64,000 bases of DNA from Bacillota bacterium (GTDB taxonomy: Bacteria; Bacillota; Limnochordia; DTU087), in the NCBI GenBank assembly GCA_012735435.1, contig JAAYHH010000011.1:14141-78140 (forward strand), read 5' to 3'. Under the pieces are notes generated by a model that made no database searches, was not told where the DNA came from, and saw nothing but the letters and a program-made list of their open reading frames with translations. Of this stretch, positions 17,120 through 26,017 are shown piece by piece; position 1 is the first letter of the stretch, and every line of letters begins with the position of its first letter. Made by a program: the position numbers and the translations under genes.

Positions 17120-19831
17120 CTATTTCTCCTTACGCAGGCGAGCTTGCCACTCAACAAGTCGATTGAGAGCTTCAAAGGGCGTCATGTGGGTTAGCTCTGC
17201 TGTTTCGATCTCCCTCAGGATCTCAGCTTCCAAGCTGCTTCCCTCCAGCACGTCCTGTGAAGCTGCCAGCTCTTCCTGAAGCTCCAAGTGGGATGAGCGG
17301 TCTGCAGCCCCCTTTGCTGCCATTTCCTTGCTATTATCAGTTCCACGGTCTTCTTGGTCCGCTCCGGTCAAAAAGAACCCATCCAGTCTCAGCTGCTTGT
17401 ACGGCTGTTCAGGCTCCAGATCCTTTAGAACCGACTTTGCCCTTTCCAAAACGCCCTTGGGAAGTCCAGCCAAGCGGGCAACATGAATACCGTAACTTCG
17501 GTCCGCTGCGCCCTCTGCTACCTTGTAGAGGAAGACGACTTCCTTCCCATCCTCCCAGACTTCCATCCTCAGATTCTTGATCCTGGGTCTAGTCAAAGCC
17601 AGTTTTGCCAGCTCGTGGTAATGGGTTGAAAAAATCGTTCTGGCCTTAGTGACATCGTGGATATATTCAGCAATGGCCTGGGCGAGGGCCATGCCGTCAT
17701 AGGTGGAAGTGCCTCTTCCAAGCTCGTCGATGATAATCAAAGAACGGGGTGTGGCTTGACTGAGAGCGATATTCACTTCACTCATTTCCACCATAAAGGT
17801 ACTTTGTCCGGTACCAAGATCATCGGCTGCCCCTACCCTGGTGAAGATCCGGTCAACAAGGCCGATTTGGGCCTTATCAGCCGGTACAAAGGAGCCCATC
17901 TGAGCCATCAAGGTGATCAAGGCCACCATGCGTAAGTAAGTGCTCTTTCCAGCCATATTGGGACCGGTTAGGATTAGCAGCTGGGCTGTTTCATCATCTA
18001 GATAAACATCATTGGGAACAAACTGACCTTGGGGAAGCATTGCTTCCACCACCGGGTGCCGGCCTGCCTTAATATCGATGGACTTATCCTCCCGGATTTC
18101 CGGCCGGCAGTAGCGGCGCCGTACAGCTACCTCTCCAAGGGCCGCCAGGACATCCAACTGGCTGAGGACCCCTGCCAGACGCAAGAGCCGGGAAGCAGCC
18201 CCGTTTACCTGATCACGGATTTCGAGGAAGAGTTCGTACTCAAGCTGAATAGCCCGTTCCTCAGCTCCCAAGATGAGATTTTCCTTCTCCTTCAGCTCCG
18301 GGGTAATATACCGCTCGGAATTGGCCAGAGTCTGCTTTCGCTGGTAATGGTCAGGGACACTGGCTAGATTAGCCTTGGTCACTTCGATGTAATAGCCGAA
18401 CACTTTATTGAAACCGACCTTTAGGCTCTTAATGCCGGTTCTTTCCCGCTCAGCCGCCTCCAAAGCCGCTATCCAATCCTTGCCTTCCCGGGCGGCGGCC
18501 CGCAGCTGATCCAGCTCCTCGCAGTATCCCGGCCGGATGAGGCCGCCATCCCGCACCACGGCTGGAGGCGAATCCACCAAACTCTTCTGTAAAAGCTCAG
18601 CAAGTTCCGGCAGTGGATCTAGACTTTGGGCTAGTTCCTTCAATCTCGGTGCCTTGGCGGCAGCCACTGTTTGGTTTAGATCGGGGATTTTCAAAAGGGA
18701 CCTGCCCAAAGCCACTAGATCTCGGGGATTGGCGCTGCCGTAGGTTATCCGGCCTACTAGTCTCTCCAGATCGTAGATCCCCGACAGCTGCTCCCTCAGT
18801 CTAGTACGCATGGGGGTATCTTTGACCAATTCTTCAACAGCATCCAGCCGCTCTGTAATCTCCTCTTTATCCAGCCTGGGCTGCAGCACCCACTGGCGAA
18901 GCAGCCTGCCCCCCATAGCGGTGACGGTTTCATCCAGGAGCCAAAGTAAAGACCCTTTGTATTCACCATCCCGCAGTGTCTGGGTCAGCTCTAGATTGCG
19001 GCGGGTGGCCGTTTCCATCAGCATGTAGCTTTCCACCGAGTAAACGTTGACGGTAGTAATATGGCTCAGTACCCGCCTCTGGGTATCATTGAGATAAGAC
19101 AGCAGGGCGCCTCCGGCTCGAACAGCAGCGGCAGCATCGTCTAGACCAAAGGAGCTGAGGGATTTGATCCCGAAATGCCGAAGCAGCACTTCACTGGCGT
19201 AGGCATACCGCCAGCCTCGCTCTTCATATGGAGACAGCGTACAGTCGAGGCGTCTAACCGCCTCAGCTTTCCAGCTGGGCTCAGCATCTAAAGAGGGATC
19301 CAAGAGGCATTCTGCCGGAGCCAAACGTTCCAGCTCGTTCCAGAGCTTGTCCTCTGCCCCTGCACCCTGTATTTCTGTCACGGCAAAGTAGCCGGTAGAA
19401 ACATCCACCACCGCTAACCCGTAATATTTCTGATGGCGGCAGACAGCGGTTAAGTAGTTGTTGGCCTTATCATCCAGGAGTTGAGGTTCAATGACGGTTC
19501 CCGGTGTAACTACTCTCACTACTTCCCGTTTCACTACACCTTTGGCCGTCTTAGGGTCTTCTACCTGTTCGCAGATGGCTACCTTGTAGCCGGCCCGCAC
19601 CAGTGCCGCCAAATATCCTTCCACAGCGTGATAAGGCACACCGCACATGGGCAGCTCTTTTCCTTTTCCCATTTCCCGACTGGTTAAGGCAATATCTAAA
19701 ACCCGGGAACCGATCTCTGCATCGGCACCGAACATTTCATAAAAGTCTCCCAGGCGAAAAAGGAGCAGCGCATCTTGATGCTGCTGCTTGATGGAATAGT
19801 ACTGCCTGAGCATCGGTGTGAGATTCTCCAT
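17120..19831 (-). CDS. mutS: DNA mismatch repair protein MutS
   Basis: TPMLRQYYSIKQQHQDALLLFRLGDFYEMF, Walker A GPNMAGKST, and STFMVEMSE. Start is ATG 19831. Confidence 0.95.
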   Translation of the reverse strand: MENLTPMLRQYYSIKQQHQDALLLFRLGDFYEMFGADAEIGSRVLDIALTSREMGKGKELPMCGVPYHAVEGYLAALVRAGYKVAICEQVEDPKTAKGVVKREVVRVVTPGTVIEPQLLDDKANNYLTAVCRHQKYYGLAVVDVSTGYFAVTEIQGAGAEDKLWNELERLAPAECLLDPSLDAEPSWKAEAVRRLDCTLSPYEERGWRYAYASEVLLRHFGIKSLSSFGLDDAAAAVRAGGALLSYLNDTQRRVLSHITTVNVYSVESYMLMETATRRNLELTQTLRDGEYKGSLLWLLDETVTAMGGRLLRQWVLQPRLDKEEITERLDAVEELVKDTPMRTRLREQLSGIYDLERLVGRITYGSANPRDLVALGRSLLKIPDLNQTVAAAKAPRLKELAQSLDPLPELAELLQKSLVDSPPAVVRDGGLIRPGYCEELDQLRAAAREGKDWIAALEAAERERTGIKSLKVGFNKVFGYYIEVTKANLASVPDHYQRKQTLANSERYITPELKEKENLILGAEERAIQLEYELFLEIRDQVNGAASRLLRLAGVLSQLDVLAALGEVAVRRRYCRPEIREDKSIDIKAGRHPVVEAMLPQGQFVPNDVYLDDETAQLLILTGPNMAGKSTYLRMVALITLMAQMGSFVPADKAQIGLVDRIFTRVGAADDLGTGQSTFMVEMSEVNIALSQATPRSLIIIDELGRGTSTYDGMALAQAIAEYIHDVTKARTIFSTHYHELAKLALTRPRIKNLRMEVWEDGKEVVFLYKVAEGAADRSYGIHVARLAGLPKGVLERAKSVLKDLEPEQPYKQLRLDGFFLTGADQEDRGTDNSKEMAAKGAADRSSHLELQEELAASQDVLEGSSLEAEILREIETAELTHMTPFEALNRLVEWQARLRKEK

Positions 19832-19906
19832 TGTTATCGGTCCCCCTCCCAAGATAGTGCTTCTGCAACGGTTCTGACGGCTCCTGCCCCGCTGAGCCGG
19901 CTTGCA

Positions 19907-19943
19907 GCAAAGAAAAATGCCTTGAGAGTTAATGTCTCAAGGC
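19907..19943 (-). terminator. rho-independent terminator after the PRC-barrel gene
   Basis: Minus sense GCCUUGAGA-CAUUAAC-UCUCAAGGC followed by AUUUUUCUUUGC. Confidence 0.7.
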
Positions 19944-20038
19944 CGGTTTATCACTGTATGGGCCTTTCGTGGCCTTTAAGATACTGTAATCCTTCGGTGC
20001 TCAAGAGAGGCATCGTCAGCAGTCAGGGCTGCGCCCCT

Positions 20039-20458
20039 TTAGTCGGAAATATCGGGCTCCCGGCCACTATGGATATAGGCAGCCTCCTCGATCCAGTAAG
20101 GGGTCTGTTCGATGATCCCATAAATCTCTTCCTCCTGAGCCCGGTCCAAGGGTTGGGTCAGGTTAGGCAGGGACAGGAACTTAACGGCGTCAATGCTGCA
20201 GAAAACTGCTTCACTGGTAATCTCTGTGACTGCATTGGCAGGTACCGGTACGTGGCGGCCGCTCTTGATGTCATAGACGATCAGGTAGCGGATGGTGTAC
20301 ATCTCAGGCTCTACAAGCTGGCGGACTATGCGCCCGCAGGGGATCTGATCCCGGCTTACAAGCTCCAGCTGCCATATTTCTCGATTGCCTACCTCCAACA
20401 GTGTCCCAGCCGGGACGACGCCTCCAGCTATATCCTTTGCCCCCTGCCGCTTCTCCAT
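20039..20458 (-). CDS. PRC-barrel domain protein
   Basis: A 139-aa ORF. The central VVSRDQIPCGRIVRQLVEPEMYTIRYLIVY pattern resembles PRC-barrel proteins. This is a family-level guess only. Confidence 0.5.
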   Translation of the reverse strand: MEKRQGAKDIAGGVVPAGTLLEVGNREIWQLELVSRDQIPCGRIVRQLVEPEMYTIRYLIVYDIKSGRHVPVPANAVTEITSEAVFCSIDAVKFLSLPNLTQPLDRAQEEEIYGIIEQTPYWIEEAAYIHSGREPDISD

Positions 20459-20487
20459 AGACTGTGCCTCCCTGCCTCAATACCTTC

Positions 20488-21813
20488 CTAGACCAGCTCA
20501 CCCACTAGACTCCAGGTTTGGGCTTCAGTGATCTTCACTCTAACCAGCTCCCCGGTTAAATCTTGACTGCCGGTAAACAGCACGGTTTTAGCTGTCCTGG
20601 TCTTGCCTGTCAGCATCTGGGCATCGCCCTTGCTTGTACCTTCCACCAGGACTTCCACTTCACTTCCCACCAGTGCTTGATTCCGCTCCAGGCTGATCTT
20701 GTTCTGGAGGTCTATCAGCTGGTAAATTCTCTCTTTCTTAACTTCCTCCGGCACCTGATCCGGCATATCTGTCGCCGGTGTACCCTTCCGGGGAGAATAG
20801 ATGAAGGTGAAGGCCGAATCAAATCCTACTTTCTCCACCAAGGAGAGGGTGTCGGCGAAATCGGCATCGGATTCACCGGGAAAACCAACCATGATGTCGG
20901 TAGTCAAGCTGATTCCCGGCACCTCTTGCCGTACCTTCTCTACTATTTCCAGATAATATTCCCGGGTATACCTCCTATTCATGCGCCGCAGCACATTGTT
21001 GCTTCCCGCCTGAACAGGAAGGTGAAGATGCTCGCATACCTTCTCCAAGCGGCCGAGCTGCTGGATCAGTTTGCCACTGATATCCTTGGGATGGGATGTG
21101 GTAAAGCGGATCCGTTGGATGCCTGGGACCCCATTAACCAGCTCCAAAAGATCGGCAAAATCGGTGTCGGACTGCAGATCCTTTCCATAGGAGTTCACAT
21201 TCTGACCCAACAGAGTTACCTCTTTAACGCCCCTAGCGGCCAGGCTCCGGATCTCATCCAAGATGGCCTCGGGGGTACGGCTGCGCTCCCTGCCACGGAC
21301 ATAGGGCACAATGCAGTAAGAGCAGAAGTTGTTGCATCCATGCATGATGGTGACAAAGGCCTTGAAATCGTTGTCCCGGAGCGCCGGTAGACCCTCAATT
21401 GGCTCGCCGGCGTCATCGAGAATCTCAACTACCCGTTCACCAGTTGTACATATCCTATGCAAGAGCTCCGGCAGCCGATGAATATTGTGGGTGCCAAAAA
21501 ACAGGTCCACATGGGGAAGACGCTCCAGCATCACCGGCAGTTCCTCTTTCTGCTGGGGCATGCAGCCGCAAATTCCGATGATCAGCCCAGGATTCTTATC
21601 CTTGAGCTCCTGCAGCTGGCCGACCTGTCCGTAGACCTTTCTCTCTGGGTTCTCCCTGACGCAGCAGGTATTGTATAAAATGAGATCGGCATCCTCCGGG
21701 CTGTCTGTAAAGCTGTAACCCTCTTGCTGAAGCAGCCCCCGGATGGTCTCAGTGTCCCGTTCGTTCATCTGGCAGCCAAAGGTACGAATATAGGCTAGGC
21801 GTTTTTCTACCAT
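20488..21813 (-). CDS. miaB: tRNA-2-methylthio-N6-dimethylallyladenosine synthase
   Basis: UPF0004 N-domain IRTFGCQMNERDTE, radical-SAM CNNFCSYCIVP, and a C-terminal TRAM domain. Start is ATG 21813. Confidence 0.9.
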   Translation of the reverse strand: MVEKRLAYIRTFGCQMNERDTETIRGLLQQEGYSFTDSPEDADLILYNTCCVRENPERKVYGQVGQLQELKDKNPGLIIGICGCMPQQKEELPVMLERLPHVDLFFGTHNIHRLPELLHRICTTGERVVEILDDAGEPIEGLPALRDNDFKAFVTIMHGCNNFCSYCIVPYVRGRERSRTPEAILDEIRSLAARGVKEVTLLGQNVNSYGKDLQSDTDFADLLELVNGVPGIQRIRFTTSHPKDISGKLIQQLGRLEKVCEHLHLPVQAGSNNVLRRMNRRYTREYYLEIVEKVRQEVPGISLTTDIMVGFPGESDADFADTLSLVEKVGFDSAFTFIYSPRKGTPATDMPDQVPEEVKKERIYQLIDLQNKISLERNQALVGSEVEVLVEGTSKGDAQMLTGKTRTAKTVLFTGSQDLTGELVRVKITEAQTWSLVGELV

Positions 21814-21968
21814 AGGCAATCGCCGCAGGAAAGCAGCACACTCTCCTTTCCAAACAACATCATAAGACACCAAGGCAGCAGGCTAGACGAGAGGTCTTCA
21901 CCCTCAAGTCTCCAGCTGCCCTTAGCTTGTCCACTTGTCTACACAGGTATCTGAATTGCCGTTACTCC

Positions 21969-22709
21969 CTAATGATATTGATGCTTTACTTCATCTAACG
22001 CATCGTCATGGTAGGAAGTCTCAGGATCGGCATCTAAGTGATCCACCCTTTGACCCGTCACCATGAACATAACCCGTTCAGCGATGTTGGTTGCATGGTC
22101 GGCAATTCGCTCCAAGTATCTAGCCACAAGCAGCAAATTAATGGCCTGACGGGAAACCTGGTCGCTCCTTCCCTCGAGAACAATACCGATTAATTCATCA
22201 AAAAGCTGCGAGTACATTTCATCAATTGGATCGTCTGCCTGTCTTACAGCTTCCGCCAACTCGAGGTCCCGGTCTACAAAACAAGTCAGGCTGTCTCTAA
22301 CCATGGCCTTGGTCTTTTCAGCCATGATGGGAATATCGATGAGAGGCTTGATCAGAGGCTCCTCCCCAATTCGCAAAGTCAGTTCAGCAATGTTGCAGGC
22401 GTTGTCTCCAATTCTTTCCACATCGGTGGTGATCTGAAAGATTGCCACTACAGTTCGCAAGTCTGAGGCCAAAGGCTGCTGCAAAGCGATTAGGCGCATG
22501 CAGCGCTCCTCTATATCGATCTGCATTTCGTCTACAATGTCGTCCTTCTCCAGCACAGACTGAGCCCCGGCCAAATTCTGAGTACTTAGATAGTGAACAG
22601 CCTCGTGGATCTGCTTTTCTACCAAACTGCCCATCTTGAGCATTTCCGCTTGGATACTTTGTAATTCCCTATGGAAACCTTCCCTTGTCACGTCGAAAGC
22701 CCCCTCCAT
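21969..22709 (-). CDS. phoU: phosphate transport regulator PhoU
   Basis: Two PhoU repeats with the DxxxD/ERIGD pattern (TDVERIGDNACNIAE; ARYLERIADHATNIAE). Confidence 0.85.
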   Translation of the reverse strand: MEGAFDVTREGFHRELQSIQAEMLKMGSLVEKQIHEAVHYLSTQNLAGAQSVLEKDDIVDEMQIDIEERCMRLIALQQPLASDLRTVVAIFQITTDVERIGDNACNIAELTLRIGEEPLIKPLIDIPIMAEKTKAMVRDSLTCFVDRDLELAEAVRQADDPIDEMYSQLFDELIGIVLEGRSDQVSRQAINLLLVARYLERIADHATNIAERVMFMVTGQRVDHLDADPETSYHDDALDEVKHQYH

Positions 22710-22723
22710 TTGCTGGAGTCAGT

Positions 22724-23491
22724 CTAACTGAATCTACCAGTGATATAGTCTTCGGTGCGTTTATCCTTGGGCCGTGCAAAAACATCTGAAGTAGGGCCGA
22801 ATTCAACTAAAAACCCTTCCGACAGAAAGGCTATGTAATCGGAAACTCTACCAGCCTGCTGCATGCTGTTGGTAGCCAAAACCAAAGTGTACTCCTGCTT
22901 TAGTTCCAGGATCAGGTCCTCAATTTTCGCTGCCGACACAGGATCGAGGTTATAAGCAGGGTCGTCGATTAGCAGGACCTCAGGCTGTACAGCGAGGGCA
23001 CGGGCAATGCACAGCCTGGCCTTTTGACCCGGGGATAGGTTGAGGGCAAATTCCTGCAGCCTGCCTTTCACCTCATTCCACAGGCCCGCCTGTTTTAGGC
23101 TCCGCTTAACTATTTCATCCAGCTCCCGTCTATCCCTAACCCCGTGGAGCCGGGGGCCATATGCTACGTTTTCGAAGATGCTCTTAGGAAACGGAGAAGG
23201 ATGGCGGGCAATTAACCCTACCCGGCGCCTTACCTCTGTCACATCAGCATCGGGTCCGTAGATGTCATGGCCATCTAGCAGCACTTGTCCTTCTGTTCTA
23301 ACATTATCCCAAAGCTCATTCATGCGGCAAAGGGATCGCAGCAAACTGGACTTGCCTGCCCCGCTGCCGCCAATGACAGCGGTGGCCGCCCCGGAGGGAA
23401 TGTTCAAACTGATGGAGGACAGGGCCTGGAAGTCGCCATAATATACACTCAGATTCCGCACTACCAGCTTAGGGTGTCGCACTAGTACCAT
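22724..23491 (-). CDS. pstB: phosphate ABC transporter ATP-binding protein
   Basis: Walker A GGSGAGKSS, signature LSPGQKARL, Walker B LLIDDP. Positioned between pstA and phoU. Confidence 0.9.
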   Translation of the reverse strand: MVLVRHPKLVVRNLSVYYGDFQALSSISLNIPSGAATAVIGGSGAGKSSLLRSLCRMNELWDNVRTEGQVLLDGHDIYGPDADVTEVRRRVGLIARHPSPFPKSIFENVAYGPRLHGVRDRRELDEIVKRSLKQAGLWNEVKGRLQEFALNLSPGQKARLCIARALAVQPEVLLIDDPAYNLDPVSAAKIEDLILELKQEYTLVLATNSMQQAGRVSDYIAFLSEGFLVEFGPTSDVFARPKDKRTEDYITGRFS

Positions 23492-24351
23492 CTACCTCTT
23501 TCTCGTTCATGAACACTGCCAGCCAAAGAATCTCCAGTCCTTTTCAACCTAAGGGCTGCCCCCTGAAGACAGACGGATGTCAGTACCAGCAGCAGAGCAG
23601 TCCCAAAATGGTGTGGACTGGCCACTTCACCAGATTCAACTACCGACCGATACAAGTGGTACGGCAATGTGGATAGGGATTGGCCGTGAAAGCTCGGCCA
23701 AGCAGCTGCGATCATGATCACAGGCGCTGTTTCGCCGCCTACCCGGGCCATTCCCCCCAAAGCTTCCGCGGCTAAGAAGCGTCCGGCACAGGGCATCAGT
23801 GCCCCCCAGGTGGTCTGCCAACGAGAGCCGCCGAGGGCCAGACTGTCTCTGCGAAAAGAAACCGGTACCTCCTTTAGGGCCGAGTATGTCACAGAGACCA
23901 ACTGCGGCAGCAGCCATACCGCCGATGTCAATAGAAAGATCAGTGTCTGTTTCCCTTCTCCGAAGTATGGTGCAAGGGCACCCCAGCCAAATAAACCGTA
24001 TACTATGGGGGGCATCTCTGCAAGGCCTCCGACAGCGGCGAGCATCCACTGCTTCAGACGATTTTCCCTCGCGTATTCGCTCAAGTACACTCCAGCCCCT
24101 ATTGCGAGGGGCAATGCTAAGAGGGCTCCTCCAAACAACAGGGATAAAGTGCGGAACCAGAGGGGCAGCAGTATATTATCGGTCTCAGCAAAAGCACCGT
24201 CTCTGAAAAACCTGACTAGCGGACCGAACCCCCTGAAGACTAGGTATCCTACATAAAAGATCAAAATCCCTGCTGCTAACCAAGAGATCAGTATAATTGA
24301 TGAGTAAATGATTCCACCAGTATATGTCTGGGGGCTGTGCCTGTCTCTCAT
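23482..24351 (-). CDS. pstA: phosphate ABC transporter permease PstA
   Basis: Six-TM permease with the ABC EAA-type loop (DSLALGGSRWQTTWGALMP). It overlaps both neighbours. Confidence 0.85.
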   Translation of the reverse strand: MRDRHSPQTYTGGIIYSSIILISWLAAGILIFYVGYLVFRGFGPLVRFFRDGAFAETDNILLPLWFRTLSLLFGGALLALPLAIGAGVYLSEYARENRLKQWMLAAVGGLAEMPPIVYGLFGWGALAPYFGEGKQTLIFLLTSAVWLLPQLVSVTYSALKEVPVSFRRDSLALGGSRWQTTWGALMPCAGRFLAAEALGGMARVGGETAPVIMIAAAWPSFHGQSLSTLPYHLYRSVVESGEVASPHHFGTALLLVLTSVCLQGAALRLKRTGDSLAGSVHERERGRWY

Positions 24352-25235
24352 TCTTGTACCCTCCAGTGACTCTGCATGAAGCGGCGGCCTAGGCTGGAAA
24401 TAGCCAGGGATAAGATCATAATCAACATGGCCATGGGAAAGAGTTCGGAATGGTGCCAGCCCAGCTCTGCTCCCATTACAATCGCCGTCGGCACGGTAAA
24501 CAGCCTGTGGTCCTGACTTGCCGTTAAGCTGCTTCTGGCAGCTGCTTGCCAGAGCATCAGGACGATAGCAGTATCCCCCATGGTTCTGCCCAAACCGAAA
24601 AATCCCGCAGCAGCAATACTGGATCTAGCCGCGGGATAGACAGTATAAACTATAGTCTGCCAACGGCTTGCACCTAGTGCGTAGGATGAAGCCCTTAGAG
24701 ATGGCGAAATTCGCCTGAAATGCTCGATCAAGAAGGATGCAAGAGAGGGATAAACCATCAGTGCCAGAAGAAGGGAAGCAGCTGGATATAGCCTTAGTGG
24801 GGATGTTCCTTGAGAAGACTCATAGTAACCGAGCCAAACCAGCCCGATAAATCCAATAACCACCGAAGGAACTGCGGATAACACTTTTATGGTAGTCCAG
24901 AACATCTTCGCCGGTTTGGAAGGTGCCAATTCGGTTATATATAAAGCAGAAAGAAGGCCGACGGGTAAGGCGACTACCACCGCTCCTGCGGCAATTACTA
25001 GAGAATTAACTACTGCCGTCAAAATCAAATCCAAATCCAGGTCCACCAAGAGTACGGAGCGAACGGCTCCTATGACTACAAAAATCACCACAGCAGCCAA
25101 CACCACGAGGGTTGCTGCGGTTGCTAGCTTAAGAATCGTCTCTGGGCCAAAACGAAATGTCTGACCAGTACTTGCCAGTTTCTCCTTGGTGCTTTCAATA
25201 CCCATGCTGACTCTATTCATACTGTCAGGGCACAA
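24348..25235 (-). CDS. pstC: phosphate ABC transporter permease PstC
   Basis: Permease with the loop SSYALGASRWQTIVYTVYPAARS. The start is uncertain because no good SD precedes any candidate start. Confidence 0.8.
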   Translation of the reverse strand: MCPDSMNRVSMGIESTKEKLASTGQTFRFGPETILKLATAATLVVLAAVVIFVVIGAVRSVLLVDLDLDLILTAVVNSLVIAAGAVVVALPVGLLSALYITELAPSKPAKMFWTTIKVLSAVPSVVIGFIGLVWLGYYESSQGTSPLRLYPAASLLLALMVYPSLASFLIEHFRRISPSLRASSYALGASRWQTIVYTVYPAARSSIAAAGFFGLGRTMGDTAIVLMLWQAAARSSLTASQDHRLFTVPTAIVMGAELGWHHSELFPMAMLIMILSLAISSLGRRFMQSHWRVQE

Positions 25236-25588
25236 ACCCAGGGGAGGTTACTGGGTCACGCCATGCCTCCTCTCGGGCCTACAGCAGCCGGGTTGGTAAG
25301 TAATCCAGCTGATATTAGCGGTCTATTGGAACCTGGCATTAGCTGCATAACTCTCAACAGTTAAAGGTGGCCCCCTACCTCACCAAAGGCCACTTACCTA
25401 CACTATTTAATTTTACCATGTTGGTGTTACCTGATTGTTACAAGCGTGCTAACTTCTCGTAACGGGGCAGTCGCCACTTCCATTCCATTTGGTTCAGGTT
25501 CCGTAAAATACATTCGCTTCTACCCCATCAAGGACCTGCCAAGATTTCCCCGAAGCAGGACTGGAAAATGGTTAACGGGCAGGCAATA

Positions 25589-25617
25589 TTGACAATTGTG
25601 GCCAGTCATGGTATATT
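25589..25617 (+). promoter_or_regulatory. strong sigma-A promoter with extended -10
   Basis: TTGACA (25589-25594), 17 nt spacer, TGgTATATT (-10 at 25612-25617). Confidence 0.65.
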
Positions 25618-25716
25618 AAAGATGAAAATAACGTGTATACAGGATACATGATGTGTAAGCGTTTGTAGGCGTTCGGATAGATGTCGGCGGGTAGATACTT
25701 TGAAAGGAGTGATCCC

Positions 25717-25887
25717 TTGATAATCTCTGTCGGCAACCGGGAGATTACTATCAAGGTCCGCGAACAGTCAAGACCGGAAATCGCGGAGAGAGTGTACCGT
25801 CAGCTCCTTAGGGAGAGAGAAGTTCAGAAGGATCGGGATGCTGCCTACGCCCGTCTGTTGTTTGGTCAGGGGATTCACTTAAACTAG
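25717..25887 (+). CDS. small hypothetical protein (56 aa)
   Basis: TTG 25717 is preceded by GAAAGGAG plus 7 nt. It is framed by a strong promoter about 100 nt upstream and a strong terminator downstream. Sequence: LIISVGNREITIKVREQSRPEIAERVYRQLLREREVQKDRDAAYARLLFGQGIHLN. Confidence 0.55.
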   Translation: MIISVGNREITIKVREQSRPEIAERVYRQLLREREVQKDRDAAYARLLFGQGIHLN

Positions 25888-25910
25888 ACCACTGCAAGCG
25901 TAACAGTATG

Positions 25911-25974
25911 AAAAAGCAAACTGCGATGCTATACCACTCAAGGTACAAGGCATCGCAGTTTGTTTATTCTTTAT
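25911..25974. terminator. bidirectional rho-independent terminator
   Basis: A 14-bp stem GCAAACTGCGATGC / GCATCGCAGTTTGT (25916-25929 and 25950-25963). It has TTATTCTTTAT on the plus side and AAAAA (U5 in minus sense) on the other. It closes both the small plus-strand gene and the minus-strand SLH gene. Confidence 0.75.
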
Positions 25975-26017
25975 GCAGCAAAAAGATTTCCAAGCTAGGT
26001 ATATGCACTCAGGCTAT

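Noticed and set aside
19775-20491. 238-aa plus-strand ORF spanning the mutS / PRC-barrel spacer
   Set aside because: It runs through a clear minus-strand terminator and antisense to the PRC-barrel gene. It has no SD or motifs.
20563-21390. 275-aa plus-strand ORF
   Set aside because: It is antisense to miaB, with no recognisable motifs or ribosome-binding site. I treat it as a shadow ORF.
23636-24256. Several 135-180 aa ORFs on both strands inside pstA
   Set aside because: These are alternative frames of a clearly identifiable permease gene. Their Arg/Pro/Ser-rich translations are typical of off-frame reading.
25263-25364. 33-codon plus-strand ORF after GGGGAGG in the pst upstream spacer
   Set aside because: The SD-like sequence is 14 nt from the ATG. 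The peptide has no features, and there are no supporting promoter or terminator signals.
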